A DNA stretch of 64,000 nucleotides from Octopus vulgaris (GCA_951406725.2 OX597815.1:186001-250000); one strand, 5' to 3'; counted from the first letter of the stretch, positions 12,201 to 22,765 are shown. The notes: generated by a model from the letters alone, not told the origin. Made by a program: numbers and translations.

Positions 12201-12544
12201 GTAGCAATAACATCACGAACAACAACAACAACAATACTGATGGTGATGATAGTGGTGGTGATGATAGTGGTGGTGATGTTGATGATTGTGATGGTTGTGG
12301 TGGTGCTGATGATGGTGGTTGTGGTGGTGCTGATGATGGTGGTTGTGATGGCAGTCACAAAACAAACCCTAAACTGCCTGTTGAAGAGAAAACCAGTGAT
12401 AAACTAATTGTGCTGAAAGATGTGAAAGAAGATGTTTGGACAGCCCGAACACCACCAGGCATCATGACTGCTGTTGTTTCATCACAACTAGGGGAGGAGG
12501 AGGGATCTCAACTGTCACAACAACAAAAAAACAACCAAACTTAA
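9218..12544 (+). CDS. N-terminal part (1108 aa) of a large uncharacterised low-complexity protein (Pro/Ser/Asn-rich, likely nuclear); frameshifted into the next ORF
   Basis: Long ORF. Polypyrimidine tract and ttcAG acceptor at 9141-9156. An in-frame TAA at 9188-9190 makes ATG 9218 the start. Basic NLS-like clusters (KKERRR, RSKRKK) and SIM-like VIDLS and VTLDDTDDSD motifs. Confidence 0.8.
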   Translation: MSSRNEEPHSKKERRRSNSRLQLEENVFTTQISHYHQTMGYYAGLAPPFVPDRTCYNNINWSPRAPPWTGWPPPGGWLNHSVTNGNVLSPQQSYPCRVTNRVPPPSFNLPSVTQPHSSLVDPILGSVHPTTPANLRGWYTRYPNDIPLPELPVVMPPTQLENIDCLHPVGNHIHADLNFIEKTVVQKCETTTSVCGGSVTRRSWYKMPEKSPPPQTKKEKLTKDNEKTGNLGGVESTVPNKPNNFENPAIITNDFNCTKLSTSNSSKSSNCLPDSVTSSNSSNNFAEYFLKRLMKKHQNESKLNKSSKTTSSESVISDILTTNSNPKNHIQVTSSSQSTLSHLPKKHHIMALNSSFSKRNHHIIEDVIDLSRDTDSSPSPPPPPPPPPPSLPPPALIVTTPTISAPPTVSAPNLSAPSVSAPSALARPRSSVVEKANHQNDEPPCDLVITSSYSLSLSGVPHRSKDLIAATGACNVTKKRRLPDIINVSLEDNQKENLLSTDIVQDYRLKLESRSKRKKYEPRKRENLELDEDTSCWPPESMNKLLGNNYESSTKNYIPASITNKSLGANQTDKFFDKTNSSNNAPEYCDIVDILHSLSNSSSNQSPVETNDKIWKCWPEERQVERRTNNRHVKSVNNEKCVTLDDTDDSDGVQAGETMAPKSVIHSRQSVDTLSTAESSMDSLKNTSINSKATENNDSFGERTLEKEIVFTIMEDKVSPGIQPFSPLSKVSVLKENSNSTNSSLDKSINTSKLLTDANPDVEITNSSWMKIKQKEFESCKSPVKLQDDQQKSDVESTEKEDLSQLVSSDESSINSTVCLLPSPDRSPSTNFTNDEISSIKSDFKTLPEASAVYAPYYPVKPSTNDSCQRRKGQSLLEKALLACENELATSKKLVSVSNETGNNSVITKNCQGVTGKSQDRMETEKVENKKEETENKEKDCARTAGNSKYWKQKNQFNIFLKEKHILDESFCPGSETEKPNSVQHLKPYNNHNNGSNNITNNNNNNTDGDDSGGDDSGGDVDDCDGCGGADDGGCGGADDGGCDGSHKTNPKLPVEEKTSDKLIVLKDVKEDVWTARTPPGIMTAVVSSQLGEEEGSQLSQQQKNNQT

Positions 12545-15432
12545 GACAGCTTCAAAAACAACAACAAACACAAGAAGAATTGCAAGAGTTAAAAACAAAA
12601 CTACAGCAAGAACAACAACAACAGTTACCACAGCAACAGCAGTCACCCGAACTACAACAGCCACAGCCACCACAACTAAAGCAGTCCCCACAACAACAAC
12701 AACAACAGTCACCACCACCACCACCACCACCAAAACCACAACAACAACAGTCACCACCACCACCACCAAAACCACAACAACAACAACAACAACACGAGCA
12801 GGAACAGCAACCAAATGAAATTGTTGTTGGTAGTTGCTTAACCGAAATTGCACCAAAGAAACTTGATAATGTTGCTGCAGGTGACATCTTTCAATTGATT
12901 AATAACGAGAAACAAGTCAAAGATAACGACAAACAGGACCAAGTGACTGTGGTTCATCAATCTGAAATGAATTTCTTAAATCTTTCCAAGAAAATCTGTG
13001 TTATTGAAGAATTGGAAGATTTAAACAAAGCTCCCTGTTTGGAGGTCAGTGAGAATGGTGATATAAATATTGTTGCCATAGTAACTGACTATGAAGAACC
13101 TGTTAGTGATAATCTGTCAAATTTGACCAAATCTGAGCATTTACTAAAAGATGCTGTTCATGCTAATGTTATTGTGTGTCCTGTTACCGAAAGTTGTTCA
13201 ATGGAATTAGCTGAGAATGAAACATCGGTTGACGTTTCTGATGGTTGCAAATCCTCCGTGATGTCTACACCAGAAGAACCAATGCAAACTGACAATGACA
13301 ATATTCTGAGTAAAGAGGAGTCAGCCAAGACATCTGTGGTAGTTCCATCAGATTTATTGGACAAATCTTCCAAAGAGGTTGTCACAAAAACAAAGAATGG
13401 TGAAATAGTCTCTGTTGGTAGCTGTGACTTCATCAATGAAATTATTTGTGACTCTTCTGTCGGTGAACCATTGCTGAAACCTGTTAACAGTAATTCAAGA
13501 CCAACCACGAAGAGCAATTGGTGTAATTCTTTGTTTCCTCTTCCTTCCTGTGAAGTGAAATTATGCAAAACAATCACAGACTTCAAAACTCTGTACTCTG
13601 ATAAAATTACCAAGACTTTATACTCAGACAAAAAAAATGAAAAGCACAAAGATGTTAAAAGCCAAGGAATCTTAAATTCATTGTCTTTAGTTGCTAAACC
13701 CCAACAGAGGAAATTCAAATGGTCCAAACAAGTAAGGAAGAGTCGTTTGCTAAAGAAATTTTACACTAGTTTTAATAAAAGAACTAAATGTGTAAATAAA
13801 AAGTCATTTCAGGAGGCCAAGTCTTCTGAAGATATAAAAGAAAACCACATTGAACCATTATTTCTTGAAAATCAGCTTTCACCAGGAAACCCCTTTCAAT
13901 CGCCCCTGCCATTAAAATATGATTTACAAACTCTGCATAATAGAATTTTAATGAATTGTCCTGTCAGATATGGCCGTGTTTTCACTTCTCCAGATTTGAT
14001 ACAACATCATGAAGATCCCAGTTCATTTCATGACAAGCAAATTCAAACAGACATTAATTTCACTGGATGTGTGACTCATGCTTTCAGTGGTAGTTGCTAT
14101 TCTCAAGTGAGCAATACTCCTCCTCATTCGATCATTCATAAATTTGTCAAGTTTCATGGTCACAAACTCCTCTGTGTAGTCATTAATGTAAAAAAGTATG
14201 TTATTGTCCGAGAAGTTGTTCAAAAATGTTTTCTTGGGAAAAATCAAATTGTGTTTTATCGGACTAAATATCGAGACTATAGTTTACCTTACTTAGAGCT
14301 GCCACATTACATGAGGTCTTTTGCTTTGAAGTACCTTTTAGAATCTAGTCTGGTCTTCAATGGTAATCGAGCGACGCCACTTGGTATCATGTTATTGTCT
14401 GATGCAGAACTCCTCTATCATTTCTTCTATAGTTTTAAAGAATGTAAGCTTGTAAAATGTGTCCAAGACTGGGATCCAGATAATACGGGTGTTTTTGATC
14501 CTAAATGGTCTGAAGGTTTGGGAGAAAAAACTGAACAAAATACATTTGTGTCTGCCAGGGAGAATCCAGTTCAATCTTTACATAAAACGGGTTATAGATG
14601 CTCTTGTCTCTGCCAACAATCTCCAGCAGAGTCAGGTTCATTGACAAAACTAGAATGCTGCAATTTATATCGTAAACCACCTAAGCGGCCAGTGTCAGGC
14701 ATATTTGAACCGTCAGCAGAAAGTTTTAAATATAATGCAGATATGGAAACTGACTTACATAATTCTTTAACACTTTATGGTACGTTAAAAACTTGTCTGT
14801 CACATAAAGATTCTACAGAGCATCCAATTCCAGACAAATGTCCATCATCAGTAAATTTGGAAACAAATGTTTTGAGGTCATCCTTAAGTCTAAATTGCTC
14901 AAATGGGATTTTCACATCTCCATCTGATGGTATACAAACTTCCTCTTCTTTGCCAGGTCTCTGTGATTCTGTTCCTCTGTCAAATTATGAAAACACTCCT
15001 TTACATAAAACTAAACTAAACAGTGAACAACCCGACAGACAAACTGATTCTGATTCTGATCAGAACAAGGCTGTGTCTCTCAATTCACCATCTCCAGACA
15101 AAGAACTCGTTTTGGGAGGAATGACACAGCTAAGTAATAGAGTTGTAAGATTTATTGAACACAATGGAGAGAGACATTTTCTTCTGAGTGATGTCAATCC
15201 TTCATGGATATCTTCCACAGTGTTTGACAAACTTCTGTATCACAATATTGCAGTACAGAAATGTTCCTTGTCTCAAAGTAGTTTTTTATTAAAGTTAAAC
15301 GATAGTCTACCTCATGTTGAGACAGATGACATGTTATTAGTTGCAGATAATGTTTTACCACAACTGAAGAAGTGTTTAGCAGGCAGTGAAAATGCTAATT
15401 CACTGTGCAGTGCAGTGTCTTTGCCTCCATAA
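12526..15432 (+). CDS. C-terminal part of the same protein (-1 frame): polyQ/polyP region plus two divergent Ski/Sno/Dachshund (DHD)-like domains
   Basis: ORF 12436-15432 overlaps the first ORF. One extra A in the A7 run (12525-12531) joins them as SQQQKKQPNLRQLQ (~2071 aa). FHGHKLLCVVINVKKY...GIMLLSDAELLY (14137-14430) and LSNRVVRFIEHNGERHFLL...TVFDKLLYHNIAVQKCSLSQ (15115-15370) resemble the Ski/DACH N-domain pattern by eye. Confidence 0.75.
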   Translation, partial: KKQPNLRQLQKQQQTQEELQELKTKLQQEQQQQLPQQQQSPELQQPQPPQLKQSPQQQQQQSPPPPPPPKPQQQQSPPPPPKPQQQQQQHEQEQQPNEIVVGSCLTEIAPKKLDNVAAGDIFQLINNEKQVKDNDKQDQVTVVHQSEMNFLNLSKKICVIEELEDLNKAPCLEVSENGDINIVAIVTDYEEPVSDNLSNLTKSEHLLKDAVHANVIVCPVTESCSMELAENETSVDVSDGCKSSVMSTPEEPMQTDNDNILSKEESAKTSVVVPSDLLDKSSKEVVTKTKNGEIVSVGSCDFINEIICDSSVGEPLLKPVNSNSRPTTKSNWCNSLFPLPSCEVKLCKTITDFKTLYSDKITKTLYSDKKNEKHKDVKSQGILNSLSLVAKPQQRKFKWSKQVRKSRLLKKFYTSFNKRTKCVNKKSFQEAKSSEDIKENHIEPLFLENQLSPGNPFQSPLPLKYDLQTLHNRILMNCPVRYGRVFTSPDLIQHHEDPSSFHDKQIQTDINFTGCVTHAFSGSCYSQVSNTPPHSIIHKFVKFHGHKLLCVVINVKKYVIVREVVQKCFLGKNQIVFYRTKYRDYSLPYLELPHYMRSFALKYLLESSLVFNGNRATPLGIMLLSDAELLYHFFYSFKECKLVKCVQDWDPDNTGVFDPKWSEGLGEKTEQNTFVSARENPVQSLHKTGYRCSCLCQQSPAESGSLTKLECCNLYRKPPKRPVSGIFEPSAESFKYNADMETDLHNSLTLYGTLKTCLSHKDSTEHPIPDKCPSSVNLETNVLRSSLSLNCSNGIFTSPSDGIQTSSSLPGLCDSVPLSNYENTPLHKTKLNSEQPDRQTDSDSDQNKAVSLNSPSPDKELVLGGMTQLSNRVVRFIEHNGERHFLLSDVNPSWISSTVFDKLLYHNIAVQKCSLSQSSFLLKLNDSLPHVETDDMLLVADNVLPQLKKCLAGSENANSLCSAVSLPP

Positions 15433-17775
15433 ACTGCAACTGACCTCTCCAAATCTAAACATTCTCCTCCTTTTGGTCCTCATGTCTTCCTTTTGAAGAT
15501 ATTGAGTTGAGTAATTCTGGAGAAGCTGTCTTAATAAATATAAGACAAGAAGTTTGTGAAAATAAATTGTTTTAGTCTATTTCTCCACAGTGACAATTTA
15601 AAACAAATGACATTAATTGCTGAAGACAGTTTTTTTTTAAAATTTCAACCTTTACGATAGTAAGCTATCTTTGTTGTTTAGGAAATTTAAAAGCTGCTCA
15701 TGTTTTTGCTGAACTCATTGTATATTTTCCATGTCCATCTTTCTACGACTCCTTTTCTTTACGACTGCTTTAGGCTGATCAAAATCATGACTTTACACAT
15801 TTCTTTATAATGTACAAAACGAAACAAAAAGCGTCAATTCATTAATTTACCAAATATTTCATTCCTTCTTTTTTGTCATGGCTGTTTTCAGAAAACTGTG
15901 ATTTTTTTCCTTCTTTAGTCATTAACGAATTTTAAGATTAGTCTTTTTTCAATTTATTTCATCAACATTTTCAGAACATTTTTTTTTTTTTTACAAATGG
16001 CTGCAACAGATTGTGTGTGTGTGTGTGTGTGTGTATTTATCTTCCACTCCTTTTCCTTGATATCAGTAAGAAAAATCTTTTGGAATCATGACACATGATA
16101 TCCTGTCTTGAACTTTTATATACGTGCATGGTATATCACTGATTACATTAAATGCCAAACTCAAGTTGTCTCATTTTACTACAACAACAACAACAATAAC
16201 ATTTAAAGGAATTTCACTGAACAAACAAATCTGCTGAGATTGTACATTTTTGATGCAAAGTTAAGAACAAGAGTCTGGTTTTCTTTTCTCTTAGAACTCT
16301 ATCGATTTTGTTTTATCTTCAATGCTATGCATTTAGTGAACTTCACAGAATCATTCAGTAGTCGTCATTCTTGTTGAATGTAGGGACATTCCAACCAGGT
16401 TTTTATAATTTAAAAAAAACCCAAAAAAACTTAATAATTTCCATTTTGCTTCCCTAATACAAAATGGAATCTCTTCAAAATTCTCCTGCTTTTGGAATCT
16501 TGGGTAAATTCTTTGAGCAGTAATCACAACCCTTTAGCCGAACAGTTGCCAATGACTTTGGTAACTTGGAAGTATGGGGGGGGGAGGGACAGTGGAGATT
16601 GAAATGAAATGGTTGAAAAGTTTTTCTTCAAAATAGGTTAATGCTGCTGTAGTGATACCAAAACTGTATTTGTGTATTGTAAATGGGTTTTTTTTTTCAC
16701 AACAACCATAAGACCTAAAAGTATCATCTGTTCTTAAATTGTGTCAGAATGTTCTCTCTTCCAAATTTTTATTCTGGGAGTTCTCCTTGACAATCTGTGT
16801 GAGATTTCATATTTATTGTGGCAAACATTTATTTTTATTTTTATAATTCATTCTCAAGCTCAACTATTTCCTCCATGTTTATCTGTATTTGTAATTTCTG
16901 TGTGTGTGTGTGTGCTACATACACACACATATATATATATATATATATATGAACACACACACACACACTATACATATATATATGTGTGTGTGTATATATA
17001 TATATATATAAAGTAATATGTGTGTGTGTGCTCTTGTGCATTTTATGTTGTACCACGTGGAAAGGATTTGCCCTTTCTCAGAAGCCAACGATTATGAGGA
17101 AAACAAGTTTGTTGATCCTTACTTGAAACTGTTAAAACTTGCTGGAAATACATTCAGGGTCAGATTGGTCCATGTTTTTTCTTCTTTCTTTTCTTTTTTT
17201 ATAAAAGCAAAACCCAAGAAAATGGCTGAGACGATGCTTTCTGTGGAAGAGCTTCTTCAGGTGATTCATGTCAAAAGGGATCAACTCTGGAATTATTTTA
17301 CTTTTACAAGATTGACAGGAAGCTAACAACCTGATGCTTTTCATTCTGAAATCTGAAGAATACATCAAAGCGATACTACCATCTTTTCTGGAGTTAGTTA
17401 CAGGTTCAATTCATGCTGTTTCCTCCTCATTCCATTCAAAATCATTCATCCATGTCAAAACTGCTGATATTGTTTACTGTTTAATCAAGCATTACTCTCC
17501 ATGTCAATGTGGAGTGTCATGCTTGGAAAGGCTTTCATGTTTTAGGTTAATCAGTCCAGAGTTTTTGCAGAAGAACTGAAGGTTAGTTTGTTTTTAAGAT
17601 TTCAGTTAATGTGCTATTTGGTAGGGAAGATCTCAAAAACAGAATGTATTGGGTGGGGTGAGGTGGGGGGTTTCATTGTGTTTTAGCCCAATGTTGGCTC
17701 TTATTGTGAAATTCCTGATATAATGTGTCTCTTCTTCATGAATGGAATTTGTGAAAATAATGTAAAGTAAATAAA
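15433..17775 (+). other. Probable long 3' UTR
   Basis: AU-rich stretch with no recognisable SINE after the stop codon. AATAAA at ~15533, ~15560 and ~17770; the true end is unknown. Confidence 0.4.
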
Positions 17776-17890
17776 AATCTTTTCAATTATGTTAAAACAT
17801 TGTTTTATACGACAGGAAATAAATGATCAAATACACTTGTTTTTCTATAGAAATCATATGCATGTGTGTGTGTATATATACATATGTATA

Positions 17891-17967
<77 letters not shown>

Positions 17968-18261
17968 CTGAATTCTTCAGCCACGGTTCTCAACATCACT
18001 GATAATGGTCTGTTTTTTTTTCAAGGATCTTTTCAGAAGCATATGTCATCCACATGAATTTGCTTAAACTGAATCGATTTGAATCCAATTCACCAATATT
18101 TAATTTCAATTCCGACCACCACGGTTGCACCCATGGTTGTACCTCCAACGTCTTTTTACTGCTGTATTTTTCTACTAAGGTATCGTTAAACTTTTGATTA
18201 ATCTACTACAAGATTATTCATCTTTCTATTTCACATGATATATATATATATATATATATAT

Positions 18262-18512
18262 AAAGAAAATTCAGAAAATGGAGATATAGCATTAACAGAC
18301 TGAGTCTGTTGAGATGATTTGAAAACACAACACCTAATAACCTAACGGTATATTTTTTCTACTCCTCTGATGAGATTTTGTCTTATATAATGATTTCATT
18401 ATTGTAATTTAATCTTTTGGCTAAATTGAAACAGCTGTAAGAGAATATGTTGGATTTTTGCAGAAATATAGATTATATTAATGCTATATCTCCATTTTCT
18501 AAATTTTCTTTT
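18262..18512 (+). mobile_element. Penelope-like pseudo-LTR remnant: ~33-bp inverted repeats around a type I hammerhead-like motif
   Basis: aaagaaaattcagaaaatggagatatagcatta / taatgctatatctccattttctaaattttcttt; CTGATGAG (18367)...GAAACAGCTGTA (18428-18439). Confidence 0.6.
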
Positions 18513-18762
18513 GAATATTTATAAACCAAAATTTATATTTAGATCTATTATTTTATGAATATTATTATTCACAAAAAATTCTAGGAAATGAACCAGTAAT
18601 TCATTGGGTATTACTATCCCTTAATGAGGCTATTTTAACCTCTAACTGAATATATATATTATGTACCAACTCTTCTTGCAGTGCCAGTTTATGCAAAATT
18701 TCGAAGTGAAAATTTACATGTTTGCAGCTTTAGACATTAGAGTAGATTTTAAATGATGATGA

Positions 18763-19107
18763 TACTCTTTTACTTGTTTCAGTCATTTGACTGTGGCCAG
18801 GCTGGAGCACTGCCTTTAGTTGAGCAAATCGACCCCAGGTCTTATTCTTTGTAAACCTAGTACTTATTCTATCAGTCTCTTTTGCCAAACAGCTAAGTTA
18901 CGGGGCATGTAAATACTCCACCATCGGTTGTCAAGCGATGTTGGGGGGACAAACACAGACACATATCTATATACATATATAAGATGGGCTTCTTTCAGTT
19001 TTCATCTGCCAAATCCACTCACAACGCTTTGGTTGGCCCGAGGCTATAGTAGAAGACACTTGCCCAAGGTGGTTAGTAAGCAAGCACTTACCACACAGCC
19101 ACTCCTG
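18763..19107 (-). mobile_element. SINE family B, near full length with an internal deletion
   Basis: Reverse complement reads caggagtggctgtgtggtaag...cttgggcaagtgtcttctactatagcctcgggcc...aaatgactgaaacaagtaaaagagta. Confidence 0.85.
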
Positions 19108-19118
19108 ATGATAATTAT

Positions 19119-19990
19119 ATCATCATCATCATTTAATGTCCGCTTTCTATGCTGTCATGGGTTGGACGGTTTGACTGAGGACTGGCGAGCCAGATGGCTG
19201 CACCAGGTTCCAGTCTGATCTGGCAGAGTTTCTACAGCTGGATGCCCTTCCTACTGCCAACCACTCCAAGAGTGTAGTGGGTGCTTTTACATGCCACTTG
19301 CATGAGAGCCAGTCAGGTGATACTGGCAACAGCCATGCTCAAATGGTGTATTTTGCATGCCAGCTGCTCGGGGGCCAGTCCAGCGGCACTGGCAACGACC
19401 TTGCTCGAATGCTGTTTTTCACGTGTCACCGGCACAAGTGCCAGTAAGGCAATGCTGGTAACGATCACGTTCAAATGGTGCTTTTTATGTGCCACCAGCA
19501 CAGCAGCCAGTCAGTGGCCCTGGCAATGATCACGCTCGGATGGTGCTCTTAACATTCCACTAGCACGGATGCCAGTCAGGTGGTGTTGTCATCGGCCATA
19601 TCAGCGAATTTGATTTCGATTTCACTTGCCTCAACAGGTCTTCACAAGCAGAGTTTTGTCATTACCTCGGTGAGGCCTAATGTTCAAAGGTCATGCTTGA
19701 CCACCTCATCCCAGGTCTTCCTGGGTCTACATCTTCCACAGGCTCCCTTAACCGCTAGGGTGTGACACTTTTTCACACAACTATCTTCATCCATTCTCAC
19801 CACATGACCATACCAGCGCAGTCGTCTCTCTTGCACACCACATCTGATGCTTCTTAGGTCCAACTTTTCTCTCAAGGTACTTGCACTCTGTCGTGCATGC
19901 ACACTGATATTATACATTCCTTGCAAGCTTACGCACATCCTGAGCAGTGACGGCCCATGTTTCACTGCCATGTAGCATGGCTGTTCGTAT
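19119..19990 (-). mobile_element. RTE-clade LINE, 3' fragment with (GAT)n tail and ~65-bp tandem repeats in the 3' UTR
   Basis: MLHGSETWAV..LREKLDLRSIRCGVQERRLRWYGHVVRMDEDSCVKKC..RPRKTWDEVV. Confidence 0.85.
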
Positions 19991-20047
19991 ATATATATAT
20001 AATTTTCGGGATGAAATAAAAAGGCAACAAACGGAAAATTTGTCATT

Positions 20048-20086
<39 letters not shown>

Positions 20087-21436
20087 CACATATATATATA
20101 TATATCTTAGGATGTTGGGCCTCATAGAGGAAATAACAACAGATTGAGATGTCTGGTGATATGAGGTTCTTAAGAAGACCCACCCACATCAGTGAAACTG
20201 AGCTCTAGAAGTGCTGTGTTGCTCCACCCACATTTAACAAGAAGACTTCTCACACACCCTCCTACAACAAACCAAACTAAATCTCTACATCTCTTCTCTT
20301 CCTCACATTATGCTTATCTCCCACTCCCCAATTCCCTCCTCTTGACTCTCTCTCACTGTATTATATTATTGCTATCCACTAGCCCCTCCCCCTGACTTTT
20401 ATGTAACAAGGTAATTTCTCACACGCCCTACCCCAACAATTTACATCTCTACATCTCTTCCTCACATTTCCTCCTTCATACATTATGCTTACCTTTCACC
20501 CCCAATCTTGTCCTTATGGCCCTGTGTTCTGGTAACCTCCTCACTCTATATACCCAGGTTTTCACCACTCACTCCCCTCCTGCACTCTCTAATTACGCTT
20601 CTCGCAATATCCTGCCACTTATATTATGACCTTTGAACCTCAAGGGTATGCCCTGGCATTTTCCACCATCTATATCTCTCTCTTCCTTTACTCAACCATC
20701 CCATTTATATTCTGATCCCTGTCCCTTGTGAGTATGCCTGACACTTTGCCACCATCTCCATACTGCTGTCTCCCACTCTCTAAACTTCTTCTCTTCTACT
20801 TCCCTTGTTTCTGTCCTCATTCCTGATCTCTATCCCTCCCCTCTTCCCTGGCCAGGTAACCTTGTACTTCCCCTACAGCAAGACACCTGTTTCTGTCTCA
20901 CCATAACCTTTTCATCATCCAACACAAGATCACCTCCTCCTCCCCTCTCAAAAGATTTTGTCTTGCATCGGGTACATCTTATGGAGTTTCTGCCTATGAC
21001 TTTTCTACAGATTGAGCAGGGTCATCTACCTGAAGGGATTTGTGATTTGCATATTTCTAGTAATCCCCTATATCAGTACAAATCCATTTTATTCTCAAAA
21101 ATTGGGATTTCAGATTTGACCTAATTATATGTGGATGATTGGAGAGGTGGTGGAGGTAAGTGTGGCATGATGTGGGCTTGCAAAATAACTCTGTCACTAT
21201 TCTGCCTTCTGAAAACTTAACTTTTGTGTCAAAAAAATCAACATTAGTTTTTTAAAAACTAGATGTAAATTTTATATTGGACTTAAAGGCATAGTTTTTC
21301 GTATTAACCATTTTGGGGAACAGAAATAGATGTCCTTGGAAATAATGAAGTGAGATGAGCATTTCCCCACTACAAAATTAAGGAAGGATAGGGTACCACA
21401 AACAAGGTATTAAGGCCATTGATGTTAATAACAATC

Positions 21437-21620
21437 CTCTCTACTACTGGCACAAGGCCTGAAATATTGGGAGAGGGGTCTGTAACACCAACCCCAGTGC
21501 CTAACTGGTCCATATTTCATCAACCCCAACAGGATGAAAGGCAGTCAACCTCGGCAGATGAACGAAATGCTGCAAAGCATTTTGCCTGGTGTGCTAACCA
21601 CTCGGCCAGCCTGCTGCCTT
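21437..21620 (-). mobile_element. SINE family A, degenerate
   Basis: ggcacaaggcctgaaatattggg...ggatgaaaggcagtcaacctcggcag...gccagcctgctgcc. Confidence 0.7.
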
Positions 21621-22379
21621 ATTGGTATTAATGATAATAATAATAATAAGAATGTGTTGATGGGTAAAAGGCTCTTTGATAGCAAAGTCAAAGAAAAAGA
21701 AGAAGTCGAATAATCTACTGGCTTGAAGTAGGACATTGCAAATTACTGGTACAAAGAAGGTATGTACCTGCTAGTTATTGGTGTCTTGAGGAACTGTAAC
21801 TGAGAATTCAAGAGTAAGGCTTGGGAAGCCAGATCTTGTGAAGGTGCAATGTAGAAAACTTTGAGTTAACAAAAATTCTAAGAATATCCTTAATACAAAG
21901 AAAGGACAGAGGGGAACGTGAAGGAGAAGTCCTCAAAGATACATGCACTCTAAATGCAGAAGAAGTCAAAGATTCTAGAATAAGGTATGGAGGAAAGAAG
22001 AAACACACATCAACACGTTGCATGCAACATAAACATACGATGAAGATTATTTCCATTTTCACTGTAAAACATTCTAGTTATGTCCAGGTCTTTATGTTGG
22101 GATAAATTCTTTATTTCTTTCACAGATAGACTCTACTAAATTCCTGATTAGGAAACTTATTTCTTTCTGATGATCTTCGATGATAATTAACTTTTAACTT
22201 TAATTTCTTTGTTTGAAGCAGGCTGTCCCAGAGCCATCTCAACACAGTTTCTACTTTAAGCGTCAACCAAATAGTTTCTCTTTGCTTTCCATAAAATGGT
22301 AGAGTTTCCAATGCATGAAGCGTCTAATGTTGTCATGATTATTTCCTGTTGGGTTGGCAATGATCAGCCAGAATCACTT

Positions 22380-22492
22380 TTCTTCTTCTTCTTCTTCTTC
22401 TTCTTCTTCTTCTTCTTCTTCTTCTTCTTCTTCTGCTGCTGCTGCCGCCGCCGCCGCCGCAGCCGCCGCCGCCGCTGCTGCTGCTGCTGCTG
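22380..22492. repeat. Compound trinucleotide repeat (TCT)n(GCT)n(GCC)n(GCT)n
   Basis: Direct reading. Confidence 0.95.
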
Positions 22493-22624
22493 CACACTGG
22501 GCAAAATGCTTAGTGGCATTTCATGTCTTTATTTTGCATTTTTTTTTATCTATCACTAGTTTATTTTGGGTTCCTCTGCATTTGCCCCCCTCCCCCCTTA
22601 TTGCTTTTCCAGTTGGATGCTATT

Positions 22625-22765
22625 CTGGTCTGTAAACTCCTACATTTCCTCAGACAAGGCATTGGCCTGAAATTGTCAACAGCATTTCCCCTTAACGCTT
22701 CTTTCTGGCATAATACCCTTCAGCCTCTACTCAACTAACCTGAGATTTCATGGTATCCAGTAAAT
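22625..22765 (-). mobile_element. R4/Dong RT fragment
   Basis: Minus strand reads ..RVLCQKEALRGNAVDNFRPMPCL, the RT N-terminal NxRPIxCL motif, with stop codons. Confidence 0.55.

Noticed and set aside
12436-12525. Independent TTG start for the 998-aa ORF as a second gene
   Set aside because: Non-AUG start in a eukaryote, and the overlap translates as off-frame sequence. Joining at the A-run explains it better. No intron that would fix the frame was evident.
12515-12887. Cys/Gly-rich and Val-rich minus-strand ORFs
   Set aside because: Antisense shadows of the polyQ/polyP coding region.
20190-20970. Pyrimidine-rich tract (similar composition at 28200-28500 minus and 29420-29710)
   Set aside because: Probably part of a retroelement, but family and boundaries could not be supported from the sequence.
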